DNA of 64,000 nucleotides from an uncultured Candidatus Saccharimonas sp. (lineage in GTDB: Bacteria; Patescibacteriota; Saccharimonadia; Saccharimonadales; AWTP1-31). The notes below the pieces were generated by a model. The model did not search any database and was not told the DNA's origin. It worked only from the letters and a program-made list of their open reading frames with translations. The stretch spans positions 147-64,146 of the forward strand of contig CALRBE010000001.1 in the NCBI GenBank assembly GCA_943354005.1. Direction: 5' to 3'. How positions within the stretch are numbered: position 1 is the stretch's first letter; each line of letters begins with the position of its first letter. The translations under genes were made by a program, and so were the position numbers. Positions 45,535 to 54,337 of the stretch are shown in pieces.

Positions 45535-46577
45535 TATAGATACTTTCCAATTAGGAACAGCATTAGCCCAACAACAGCTGCTACTTGGCCAATTATCCAA
45601 AATCTCATTGTGACTTTAACTTCCGGCCAACCACTGGCTTCAAAATGATGGTGTATAGGCGATATCTTAAATAACTTCTTGCCGTTACGTAGCTTTTTGC
45701 TAGTAATCTGTAAAATGACTGATCCTGCTTCTGCTACAAATACGATACCAATGATAGGAAGTAGCACTACAGTGTCTGTAATCATAGCTACTACACCTAG
45801 TCCTGTACCAAGCGCGAATGATCCAACATCACCCATAAAGAAACGAGCTGGAAATATATTAAACCAAGTGTAGGACAATAATGTTCCTACGATAGTTAAA
45901 CAAAAAGCTGATACGCCATATCGTCCCTCTAAAAATGCTATGATCGCATAAGTTGCATAAGCCGTAGCAACAAGTCCACCGGCAAGCCCGTCTAGTCCAT
46001 CTGTTATGTTCACAGCATTTGCCGTAGATACAACCACCAGAATAAATAACGGAACAATTAGCCAGCCAATACTGATCGTACCCCAAAGAGGTATAAAAAT
46101 GCTTGTGACATCAAGTTTGGTGTAGAAGAATATACCCGCAGCTAAAGCAATGCTAAAAATGAAAAGGAATTTCAGCTTACTAGGAAGTCCGGCTACTCCC
46201 TGCCCTGTCCCTCTAATATTTATAATGTCATCTATAAGCCCTACCATACCAGCTCCGACAAACGCGGCTAATGGTAGCCATGTTTCAGATCTACTGAGGT
46301 TACCGGCGATTGTGATTAATGCGACGCTTAAAACAAAAATTATTCCTGCCATAGTCGGAATATTACGTCGGTGCTTGGCTGCATGCAGTTTTGTAAATAC
46401 TTTAGCCTGTTCACCAGTAACGGTAGTGGTTCTTGGCTTCTTCCATAGCTGATATTTATATGCCAGATTAGTGTAGATCGGAGTAATAAGCATGCTAAGT
46501 ACAAAACCTGCAAATGCTAATCCAACTATACGTACGAGGGTACTTATTTGAATTACTATACTGAGACTATCTGACAT
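45534..46577 (-). CDS. mraY: phospho-N-acetylmuramoyl-pentapeptide-transferase
   Basis: Motifs NAVNITDGLDGLA, FMGDVGSFALG and SPIHHHFE are present. Confidence 0.95.
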   Translation of the reverse strand: MSDSLSIVIQISTLVRIVGLAFAGFVLSMLITPIYTNLAYKYQLWKKPRTTTVTGEQAKVFTKLHAAKHRRNIPTMAGIIFVLSVALITIAGNLSRSETWLPLAAFVGAGMVGLIDDIINIRGTGQGVAGLPSKLKFLFIFSIALAAGIFFYTKLDVTSIFIPLWGTISIGWLIVPLFILVVVSTANAVNITDGLDGLAGGLVATAYATYAIIAFLEGRYGVSAFCLTIVGTLLSYTWFNIFPARFFMGDVGSFALGTGLGVVAMITDTVVLLPIIGIVFVAEAGSVILQITSKKLRNGKKLFKISPIHHHFEASGWPEVKVTMRFWIIGQVAAVVGLMLFLIGKYL

Positions 46578-46649
46578 TTTTATTTTCCTTTTACTGCTGT
46601 AAAGTATACGCCAATACTACTTCTTACGCTAGTAAGCTGAATTATCATA

Positions 46650-48425
46650 TTATCTAGTTTTTGGCGTAGCGTTAAAGTTATTAATGAGCATTTCTGTAAT
46701 GCTAGCAAATATTGGTGCAGCTGCCTTTGATCCTGCGTAACCCTTAATTCCTGGTTCGTTTACTCTGACAAAAATAACGTATTCTGGACTATCTCCGCCT
46801 AAAAATCCCATGAATGTTCCATTGAATTTATCTTCGTAATAACCGCCCGTGGGTTTAGTGATCTGCGCTGTTCCAGTTTTACCGCCAATAATGTGGCGTC
46901 CATCGGGCTTTTTCATTCCGTAAACTGCATAGTTTTTATTTACAACACCCTGCATTAGTCCTACCATTTCTTCACTGACTTTTGGACTAACTACATTTCT
47001 GCCAGATATTTCGGGCTTCTTTTTAGTAACTTTACCTTTTGAATTGGTAGTAGACTCTACAAGTCTTGGCTTATAGTATGTTCCCCCGTTTATTACAGCA
47101 CTCAAAGCTGCGCCCATCTGTAATGGAGTTGCGCTCATACCCTGTCCAAATGCCGTATTGGCATACTGGATATTAAGACCATATCCTTTATTGGGATCAG
47201 GAACTGTACCTGGCGACTCATAGCCCTGCTCTATACCTGTAATCTTGCCAAAACGATAATGATTAGTCATATAGTCATACCATGTCTCACGAGCCTTTTG
47301 GTTAATCTCCCCGCCGCCCATTTGCATGAGCAACCATGTAGCACCAGTATTTAGCGATAACTCTAATATGTCAGCGACGCTTCTAGTTCCTGCTCCACCA
47401 TCCTCTTCAATGTTAGTTACTGTAGCATCTCCGATTTTATACTTACTTGGATCGAAGTAAGTCGTGTTCTTACTAACGACACCTTTATCTAATGCGGCAG
47501 CGGCTGTCAGCGGCTTCATGATAGAGCCTACTTCAAGTGGAGATGAAACAACAGAATTATTAAAAGTGTCTCCATTTTCGACTTTGAAGTATTCGCCTGG
47601 GTTATATGTTGGGTAATTGGCCATGGCCTTTATAGCACCGGTGTAGGGATCCATGATAAATGCGCTACCGCTTTTCGACTTGGCTTTATCTAGTCCAGCC
47701 TTAAGTAAATCTTCCATTTGTTTTTGCATGGATACGTCGACTGTTAGCAGTACTCTATCTCCGTTTTGAGGGCGAGTTATGATATTGTCTTTATTCGCTA
47801 CTAGAGGTACTCCTCGTGCGTCTGTGATAGCTCTAAGCTGACCAGGTACTCCTTGGAGCTCTGTGTTAAGAGCTTGCTCTAGACCATACTTCCCTACTCC
47901 GTCATTATCTACAAAGCCAAGTATTTGCGCAGCCAGTTCTCCCTGGGGGTATGTACGATAACTCTCTTCACGAGTACCTATACCTTTAATATCTAGTTTA
48001 TCTATTTTTTCTTTTTGAGACTTATCTAATTTCTTTGCAAGGATAGCATATCGAGTATCAAGCTTCATTTGTTTCTCATAGGCACTTGCATCACCACCAA
48101 TTTCCTTTTGAATCTTAAATGCAGCCTTTTCAGATTCCGTAATATATTTAGGATCAACAAAAAGAGTATACTTTTTCTCGTTTAATACAATTGGAGTTAT
48201 TTGATCACCGTCTCTGGCTTCAATAATCCCCCGTTCAGCAGGCACTAAGTATTCTTTTAGTTGAGAAGAAAGTGCGGCTTTACGATAGTAGTCATGACGA
48301 ATAACCTGTAGATAGAATAAACGTATCCCAAATATACCGATTATAATTGCAAGACATATGAACCAGACCTGAACGCGCTGTGCAGGATTTATTGTTTTTT
48401 CATCATTATCAGTGCGTGGTCTCAT
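46650..48425 (-). CDS. ftsI: penicillin-binding protein 2/FtsI-type transpeptidase
   Basis: An N-terminal TM helix is followed by a dimerisation domain. Catalytic motifs are SxxK (GSIMKP), SxN (SLN) and KTG (GKTGTA). Confidence 0.9.
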   Translation of the reverse strand: MRPRTDNDEKTINPAQRVQVWFICLAIIIGIFGIRLFYLQVIRHDYYRKAALSSQLKEYLVPAERGIIEARDGDQITPIVLNEKKYTLFVDPKYITESEKAAFKIQKEIGGDASAYEKQMKLDTRYAILAKKLDKSQKEKIDKLDIKGIGTREESYRTYPQGELAAQILGFVDNDGVGKYGLEQALNTELQGVPGQLRAITDARGVPLVANKDNIITRPQNGDRVLLTVDVSMQKQMEDLLKAGLDKAKSKSGSAFIMDPYTGAIKAMANYPTYNPGEYFKVENGDTFNNSVVSSPLEVGSIMKPLTAAAALDKGVVSKNTTYFDPSKYKIGDATVTNIEEDGGAGTRSVADILELSLNTGATWLLMQMGGGEINQKARETWYDYMTNHYRFGKITGIEQGYESPGTVPDPNKGYGLNIQYANTAFGQGMSATPLQMGAALSAVINGGTYYKPRLVESTTNSKGKVTKKKPEISGRNVVSPKVSEEMVGLMQGVVNKNYAVYGMKKPDGRHIIGGKTGTAQITKPTGGYYEDKFNGTFMGFLGGDSPEYVIFVRVNEPGIKGYAGSKAAAPIFASITEMLINNFNATPKTR

Positions 48426-48493
48426 ATATTAAAGTTATTATACGTAATCAAATGCTCACTTTAGGATTAATTTAAGATTGTCTGTTGTAAAAA

Positions 48494-48841
48494 TTAGTTT
48501 GTAAGCGTTGATGAAGGTGCAACCGACACTAAGTTCTTTGTTGCATCACTGTTCTTAACTCGGTCTAGTGCTTGTAATCGTGCGGCAGATACTTCAAGTT
48601 CGCTGCGTTCTTGCTGTAATGCACTTGCTTGAGTCGAAAGCTCACTTATCTTGTAACCATAAGAGTTGGTTTTAGTAACCTGTGTAAGGTACAAAAGACC
48701 TAGTACGCACGCAAGTACGATAAGAATAATAGTGTTACTAACTGGACCGATGGCTCGTTCAGCGCTACGGAAAGATGTGGTGTTTTGGTTGCGACCGGCA
48801 AATTTTTGTCGGTTAGCTGCTAATGAGCTGGAATATGTCAT
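48494..48841 (-). CDS. ftsL: FtsL-like cell division protein
   Basis: A 115-aa protein with one TM helix and then a coiled-coil (SELSTQASALQQERSELEVSAARLQ). It sits between rsmH and ftsI. Confidence 0.6.
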   Translation of the reverse strand: MTYSSSLAANRQKFAGRNQNTTSFRSAERAIGPVSNTIILIVLACVLGLLYLTQVTKTNSYGYKISELSTQASALQQERSELEVSAARLQALDRVKNSDATKNLVSVAPSSTLTN

Positions 48842-48995
48842 AAATTTTTTCTTCTTTTTGTATTTGTTTTTTGTTTGTATGGATTTGGTCCCGCGTTATG
48901 CGGGACCATATTCCAGTGCTTACAGTACTCTTACTCGTACTTTGTATGCTCGGGATGTGCTTTTGACCCTGATAGGCATGCGTATCCCCTCTCTT

Positions 48996-49886
48996 TTATT
49001 TTTTTATTTTTGCTGCGACTCGTAATTTTGCACTACGAGAACGCGGATTAAAAACTAATTCATTTTTGTCAGCCGTTTCTGGTCGTTTTGTAAGTACAGA
49101 TAATTCGGCATCAAAACGATCTCCAGAACGTTCAGTAAAGGCTTTTTTAACGATACGGTCTTCTAAGCTATGAAAGCTAATGATACCGAGTCGTCCCCCT
49201 GGTTTCAATAAAGATACCCAGATAGGAATTGCCTTTTCGAGTTGCATAAGTTCATCGTTTACTGCGATTCGAAGACCTTGGAAGGTTCTCGTAGCAGGAT
49301 GAACTTTATGGTATCCCCTGAATTGTTTGGCGACAATGTCTGCAAGCTGCGAAGTTGTATGGATTGGTCGAGCGGTGATAATAGCTTTAGCTATGGATCG
49401 GGCTCTAGGTTCTTCGCCGTATTGTTTCAATATACGAATCAAATCGTCTTCACTGTAGCTGTTGACAATTGTCTCTGCTGTTAATGATTGACTTTGATCC
49501 ATTCGCATATCTAGAGGGCCGTCATATTTAATGGCGAATCCTCTGCTTGCTATATTAAGGTGCGGTGATGATACTCCGATGTCTGCCAATATGAGATCAT
49601 ACTTGTTTCCCTGCTCTGCAAGTTTTTGGCTTGCGCTTAGGAAATCGCTTTGCATGATCGTAACATTTTTATCTACAAATCTTTTTTGTAGATATGTTAC
49701 TGCCATATTGTCTCGATCTACGAGTACTGCGGGAGCGTTGTCAGTCATAAATCGAACTGCTTCTGCGTGACCTCCGTATCCAGCCGTGAGATCCAAATAT
49801 GTTTCATTTGGTTTTGGGCTTAGAAACGAAAGTACCTGCTGAAGAAGTACTGGCTCATGGTCTAACTGGTGCGCTTCTGCTTTCAT
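48996..49886 (-). CDS. rsmH: 16S rRNA (cytosine1402-N4)-methyltransferase
   Basis: Motifs HEPVLL, DLTAGYGGH, ADIGVSSPHL and SFHSLEDRIVK are present. Confidence 0.95.
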   Translation of the reverse strand: MKAEAHQLDHEPVLLQQVLSFLSPKPNETYLDLTAGYGGHAEAVRFMTDNAPAVLVDRDNMAVTYLQKRFVDKNVTIMQSDFLSASQKLAEQGNKYDLILADIGVSSPHLNIASRGFAIKYDGPLDMRMDQSQSLTAETIVNSYSEDDLIRILKQYGEEPRARSIAKAIITARPIHTTSQLADIVAKQFRGYHKVHPATRTFQGLRIAVNDELMQLEKAIPIWVSLLKPGGRLGIISFHSLEDRIVKKAFTERSGDRFDAELSVLTKRPETADKNELVFNPRSRSAKLRVAAKIKK

Positions 49887-50220
49887 CTTTGGTGTTTTTG
49901 TTTTTATCCTGTTTCTATATTCTAACAGGTTTTACAAGATCACCTAATCAGCAGCCAACTTTTTGTTTTTTTGGGGTTTTTGTTTTTGTTGTGATTAAAA
50001 ACCATTGAGGGAGTTGTTGTGTGTAGGTTGCCCTACAGAACGCTCCTTCGGTTTTTAATCTGTGAGAGACTTATGTGTGAGGTGGAGTTTTGGGAGGTGT
50101 TTTTTTTATGTAAAGTTCTAAGGTTTTTATAGTGGTGCCTTCAATCCACTTGTTGACTGCCGAATAGTTGACCTCGTAAAAATATTACGATTATTTTTCA
50201 ATTGTTAAAGTGCGGGTGGA

Positions 50221-50592
50221 TTATGCAGCCATAACACGCCAGTAGCGTCCTGCTCGTACTGCTACTACAGCTCGGTCTATGCCGGCGTACTCAAGTAATG
50301 CAGGTTCTAGTGTGATTCGCCCCTGCTTCTGATCAAGCGGACTTTCACACTTACCCATTCGGAACTTCACGTTGAGATCAGCTGTCTTTTCATCAAGGAT
50401 ATTTCCTTGTAACAGTGGTTCAACCTGTTCATCCCAAACTGATTTAGGGTATACATGCAGGTAGCGATCAAAGCCTTGTGTCACTACTACTCCGCTCGTG
50501 AACTCATTACGAATCTCCACAGGTATAGTTAACCTGCGCTTATCGTCGAGTTTACGTTCAAAATAGTCGACAGTAGCCATTGTCCCTTTCAT
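50221..50592 (-). CDS. mraZ: transcriptional regulator MraZ (short form)
   Basis: There are two SpoVT/AbrB-like half-sites, LDDKRRLTIPVEIR and QGRITLEPALLEY. It is the first gene of the dcw cluster. The true start may be the Met at 50580. Confidence 0.8.
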   Translation of the reverse strand: MKGTMATVDYFERKLDDKRRLTIPVEIRNEFTSGVVVTQGFDRYLHVYPKSVWDEQVEPLLQGNILDEKTADLNVKFRMGKCESPLDQKQGRITLEPALLEYAGIDRAVVAVRAGRYWRVMAA

Positions 50593-50657
50593 GTTGCTAT
50601 AACTGGTTTTTTTGTTTTATGTGCTGCGGTTTATTCATAGATTTCGCTTATTAGGCT

Positions 50658-50705
50658 TACCCACGATTACCCACTGAATTGAGCATACTACCCACTGCTA
50701 CCCAC
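50658..50705 (-). promoter_or_regulatory. four phased GTGGGTA boxes (putative MraZ operator)
   Basis: Plus-strand TACCCAC occurs at 50658, 50668, 50689 and 50699, so the spacings are 10, 21 and 10 bp. The boxes lie 66-113 nt upstream of the mraZ start. Confidence 0.6.
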
Positions 50706-50770
50706 ATGCAAGTACTTTTTATACATAATGGCCTATTTTGTCATAAGTTATCCACAGAAAATACTTTGGC

Positions 50771-50812
50771 TAAAAATAAACACAACATGTAGTGGATAAC
50801 TACATGTTGTGT
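50771..50812 (-). terminator. Rho-independent terminator after the GH1 gene
   Basis: A 13-bp perfect stem (ACACAACATGTAG/CTACATGTTGTGT) with a 7-nt loop is followed on the minus strand by TTTATTTTTA. Confidence 0.7.
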
Positions 50813-50833
50813 ACGCTACTGTGTATAAACTAT

Positions 50834-52126
50834 CTATTTCGAACTATGTTCATTTTTTGTCGGTAATTCACCGCGCTGCATAGCATCGATTTTATTTGCG
50901 AACCATTCTGAACTTGGACGAATAGTTCGCTTCATACCATGTTCGCGGTCAACGTGCACAAGACCGAACTTTGGCCACCAGCCATATTTCCATTCAAAGT
51001 TGTCCAGTAAGCTCCAATGGAAGTATCCATGCAGCTCAACTCCCTCACTCATTGCCCGTTCCATAGCGACGATTGTTTCTTCTATCCACCATTGACGATA
51101 TTCATCTCGATGGTCGGCAACTCCATTTTCAGTTATTATAATTGGTTTTTTATAGTGTGATTTTACTCGAACAAGAAGCGGATATAGACCCTCCGGTTCC
51201 ATGTACCATCCTAAGTCGTTACGCGGCGCTCCTGGGTTATCACGGCGAATTCCTTTGTAATAGTCCGTAAAGTAATAATTAAAGCCTATAAAGTCCTGCT
51301 GATTGCGAATCCTATTTAAGTACCACCAGTTCCATAAGTAGCGCATCCACATGGTAACCGTTACATCGATAATATTATGAGGTCTTTTTGCCTGTATGTT
51401 TGCAAGCTGAGAAGCGACACCAACCATCAGGGTCGGATTGTTTCGCTTTAATATCTTATAGGCCTGTTTGTGCGCCCGTATAAGATTAAAATAGACTGCA
51501 GCGGTAAGGCGTAAACTTCTTTTTTGCGGTACCCATTCGCCAGTATAGTAACTAAATGTCGCATATACGTTTGGCTCGTTAATAGTAATTACGTACATTA
51601 AGTCATGTCCGAATTCATTGGCAATCTTTTGCACAAAGCGACGCCAATATTTTAGGTTACGGCGTTTCTCAAATCCGCCTTTTTCTGCAAACCATGTTGG
51701 CATTGTCCAGTGCCAAAGGTTTAAGAATGGTTCGAGCCCACGTTTTTTTAGTTGCAGTATATACTCGCGGTAGTGCTCAATCTCATCAAGATTCCACTCT
51801 CCCTCGCTAGGCTCTAGTCTTGACCATTCAACGCCAAAGCGAAATGCATTAAGATTTAGTTTTTTTGCAATATCAAAATCTTCTTCATACCTATTGTAGT
51901 GATCTACTCCCTTACCAGAGACATAGTTTTCTGGTTTTTCGGCATGTTTTTTTATGTCCTGCCAGTCAGGAAGCGTATATGCAATACGTTCATGAGATGT
52001 TTTAGCAAGTTCTTGAGCATGGGATAGTTCCCATTCGCTCCATTGATTAACGGTGCCACCTTCTACCTGGTGACTTGCGGTACTTGCCCCCCAGAAAAAA
52101 CCTTTTGGAAATATATTTTTAGCCAT
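50834..52126 (-). CDS. GH1 family beta-glucosidase
   Basis: The N-terminal signature is FFWGASTASHQVEGG. The acid/base motif is ITINEPNV and the nucleophile motif is IIITENGVAD. Confidence 0.92.
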   Translation of the reverse strand: MAKNIFPKGFFWGASTASHQVEGGTVNQWSEWELSHAQELAKTSHERIAYTLPDWQDIKKHAEKPENYVSGKGVDHYNRYEEDFDIAKKLNLNAFRFGVEWSRLEPSEGEWNLDEIEHYREYILQLKKRGLEPFLNLWHWTMPTWFAEKGGFEKRRNLKYWRRFVQKIANEFGHDLMYVITINEPNVYATFSYYTGEWVPQKRSLRLTAAVYFNLIRAHKQAYKILKRNNPTLMVGVASQLANIQAKRPHNIIDVTVTMWMRYLWNWWYLNRIRNQQDFIGFNYYFTDYYKGIRRDNPGAPRNDLGWYMEPEGLYPLLVRVKSHYKKPIIITENGVADHRDEYRQWWIEETIVAMERAMSEGVELHGYFHWSLLDNFEWKYGWWPKFGLVHVDREHGMKRTIRPSSEWFANKIDAMQRGELPTKNEHSSK

Positions 52127-52177
52127 TAACGTATAGTATACTCGACTTTACAAAGCGTCGCACTGTTAATGCAATTC

Positions 52178-52750
52178 TCAATCAGTTGTTGGCTTTTTTA
52201 CTTTTGTAAAATGCCTATAGGCGAGTAGCTTGCGTTGCTTATCTATTCGGTCTATGTATTCTTCGTAGGCATTATAAAGATTTGAATACTGGCCGTTTGG
52301 AGCTAGCAAATTAAGTAGCTTGCCTTCTTTAGCAAGATATTCAACGAGACAATAAAAATCACCATCACCACTCACGACGACTGCCTTATCGTAGTTTTTC
52401 ATTTCTTTTACTGCCCAAAGAACAAGCTCCGCATCAACGTTCCCTTTTATAGCCTTCTTTTCTTCTACCTTGCCTTCTTCCTTGGTTTCTTTCTGGACTT
52501 CAGGCTTGAGGATTCGTGTCATATCGAAAGTTGGCTTTAAAACTACAAGATAGCCAAGCTCGTGCATCTTGTGATACATATCTTCATGCTCGGGCATATG
52601 CCCTATGAACATAAAGGCTTTTGTGACTCCATAACTCTCTTCTAGGAATTGGCGGAACTTCTTCCAGTCCATTTTCCAGCCTATCTTTTGTACCCCAAGA
52701 TTCAAGTTCTGGTTATCAATAAATGCGTAATTACCTTTTTTTGTTGCCAT
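52178..52750 (-). CDS. NYN (LabA-like, PIN-fold) domain protein
   Basis: Motifs YAFIDNQNLNLG and VVVSGDGDFYCLVEYL are present. A Lys/Glu-rich insert sits between them. Confidence 0.8.
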   Translation of the reverse strand: MATKKGNYAFIDNQNLNLGVQKIGWKMDWKKFRQFLEESYGVTKAFMFIGHMPEHEDMYHKMHELGYLVVLKPTFDMTRILKPEVQKETKEEGKVEEKKAIKGNVDAELVLWAVKEMKNYDKAVVVSGDGDFYCLVEYLAKEGKLLNLLAPNGQYSNLYNAYEEYIDRIDKQRKLLAYRHFTKVKKPTTD

Positions 52751-52759
52751 CTAGAAATA

Positions 52760-53770
52760 TCATACCACTTCTTGTTCACTATTTTCAGTGACCCGTAATG
52801 GTTTTTTATTCTTAATTTCATAACGTTTACCGGTCAGTGATGATTCAACGTAGTCATCGTTTAGTAGATTTACAAATTTTGTTAAATCTTTTACGTCCAT
52901 AATAATAATTGCCCCGTCGTTGTCGGTCATCAGGTTTACTCCGAGTTCCTCAGCGTGATCCATGAGTGGCCCCTGCTCTATTCCGGCAGGTTCGATTTTC
53001 TGTAATTTATTGACCAGACTTTTTTGTCCTTGTACTAGATTTTCCCAGCTTAAGCCAATATCAAAGTGAAACGTAAATTGAGCCTCAATCTCTTTAATCT
53101 TTCGAAGTGCAATACTATATTTTTTAGCATTATATCCAAACAGTTGTTCCAATCTAGTTTGACTAAATGCGTACAAGTCTTGATCCAATATAAGAAGCTG
53201 GTTATCGCCAGGAAAACGAAGGCTACCTTCAGCATCAAAAGGCACAAACTTTCCGTTACGTAGCATCCACGATGTCTGCCCTTTCATGACCATGCTACCT
53301 GGTAGTAGTTTAACTATATAAAATGGCCACGGTAGGTCTTTATGGGTACATCGCGCTAGTATTCCTTTTACACGCTTTAGATCATGATCTTCCTCGACAA
53401 ATGTCTCTATGACACTCTCTTGGGTTTTTACCCAATTCAGGAGTTCCTGGGCTTTTTGAACATTTTTTAGCTGTGTTCGCTGCAGAACATTCTCTTCCGC
53501 TTCGCCATCCTCAAAATCTCGTACTGTCATTCCCTCTGCTGAACCTTGTAATACTGTTTCGAGCAGGCCATCTATGAGTAATGGCTGATATGACTTTACT
53601 AGGTCCTTACTTACTTTCGTACGATAAACTACAAAATTCTTATTAAATAAAAATAGGTCTATTTCTAGTTCTTCTTTAATTGGTACAAGATTATTAGCCC
53701 ATAAGAAAATATCAGTTCGTTCTGTATCTTTTGGAGCATCAGCTATGTCTTTAACGGTCTCTTCGTCCAT
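52760..53770 (-). CDS. orphan 336-aa protein (size and composition reminiscent of DUF4868/KwaB, unverified)
   Basis: An uninterrupted ORF ending 9 nt before the NYN start. It has no TM helix and no catalytic motif I can name. Confidence 0.55.
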   Translation of the reverse strand: MDEETVKDIADAPKDTERTDIFLWANNLVPIKEELEIDLFLFNKNFVVYRTKVSKDLVKSYQPLLIDGLLETVLQGSAEGMTVRDFEDGEAEENVLQRTQLKNVQKAQELLNWVKTQESVIETFVEEDHDLKRVKGILARCTHKDLPWPFYIVKLLPGSMVMKGQTSWMLRNGKFVPFDAEGSLRFPGDNQLLILDQDLYAFSQTRLEQLFGYNAKKYSIALRKIKEIEAQFTFHFDIGLSWENLVQGQKSLVNKLQKIEPAGIEQGPLMDHAEELGVNLMTDNDGAIIIMDVKDLTKFVNLLNDDYVESSLTGKRYEIKNKKPLRVTENSEQEVV

Positions 53771-53863
53771 GGTAATTCCTCTTTTTCAATGTTAGTTTTT
53801 TGGCATACACATTATTCTAGCCTAAATTAGGCCTCTTGCATGCTGTAAAATTTTTTATTTTTC

Positions 53864-54283
53864 TTAAGCTTTAGCTTTTGTGATGCGAGCATCATTTGCC
53901 CAAACGTCAGCTAACTCGTTACCAGGGTTATTATTATGGCCACGTACCCATACCAGTTTCGCTTTACTGGCTCTGTAAAGTGGACATACCTCTTTAACTA
54001 TATCGAGATTCTTTATTTCACCTGATTTTTTCTTCCAACCATTTTTTTCCCATGAGATTGACCATTCAGTAATAACTTTAATCCAAAATTCACTATCTGT
54101 ATGTATCTCACATGGTGTCTGTTTAGCATCCTTAAGCGCTGCAATGATAGCAAAGCCTTCCATTCGAATATTGGTTGAGTCTGGCTCACTACCAAGAATA
54201 TGCGGCTTCATATCTTTAATGACTGCGAATCCACCAGGACCGGGATTCGGACTACAACTTCCGTCTGTATAATAAATTACCAT
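53864..54283 (-). CDS. rnhA: ribonuclease HI
   Basis: The DEDD set is present: YTDGS, MEGFAIIAAL, HTDSEF and NELADVWAN. Confidence 0.9.
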   Translation of the reverse strand: MVIYYTDGSCSPNPGPGGFAVIKDMKPHILGSEPDSTNIRMEGFAIIAALKDAKQTPCEIHTDSEFWIKVITEWSISWEKNGWKKKSGEIKNLDIVKEVCPLYRASKAKLVWVRGHNNNPGNELADVWANDARITKAKA

Positions 54284-54337
54284 TGCTTGATCCCCTTTTT
54301 TGTAGATACCTCATAATAGCATGCTGAAGCAGACCAA

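Noticed and set aside
50593-50833. Possibility that the DnaA boxes plus AT-rich DNA mark oriC.
   Set aside because: There are only two boxes, no dnaA, dnaN or gidA context, and the region is already explained by a terminator and the mraZ promoter/operator.
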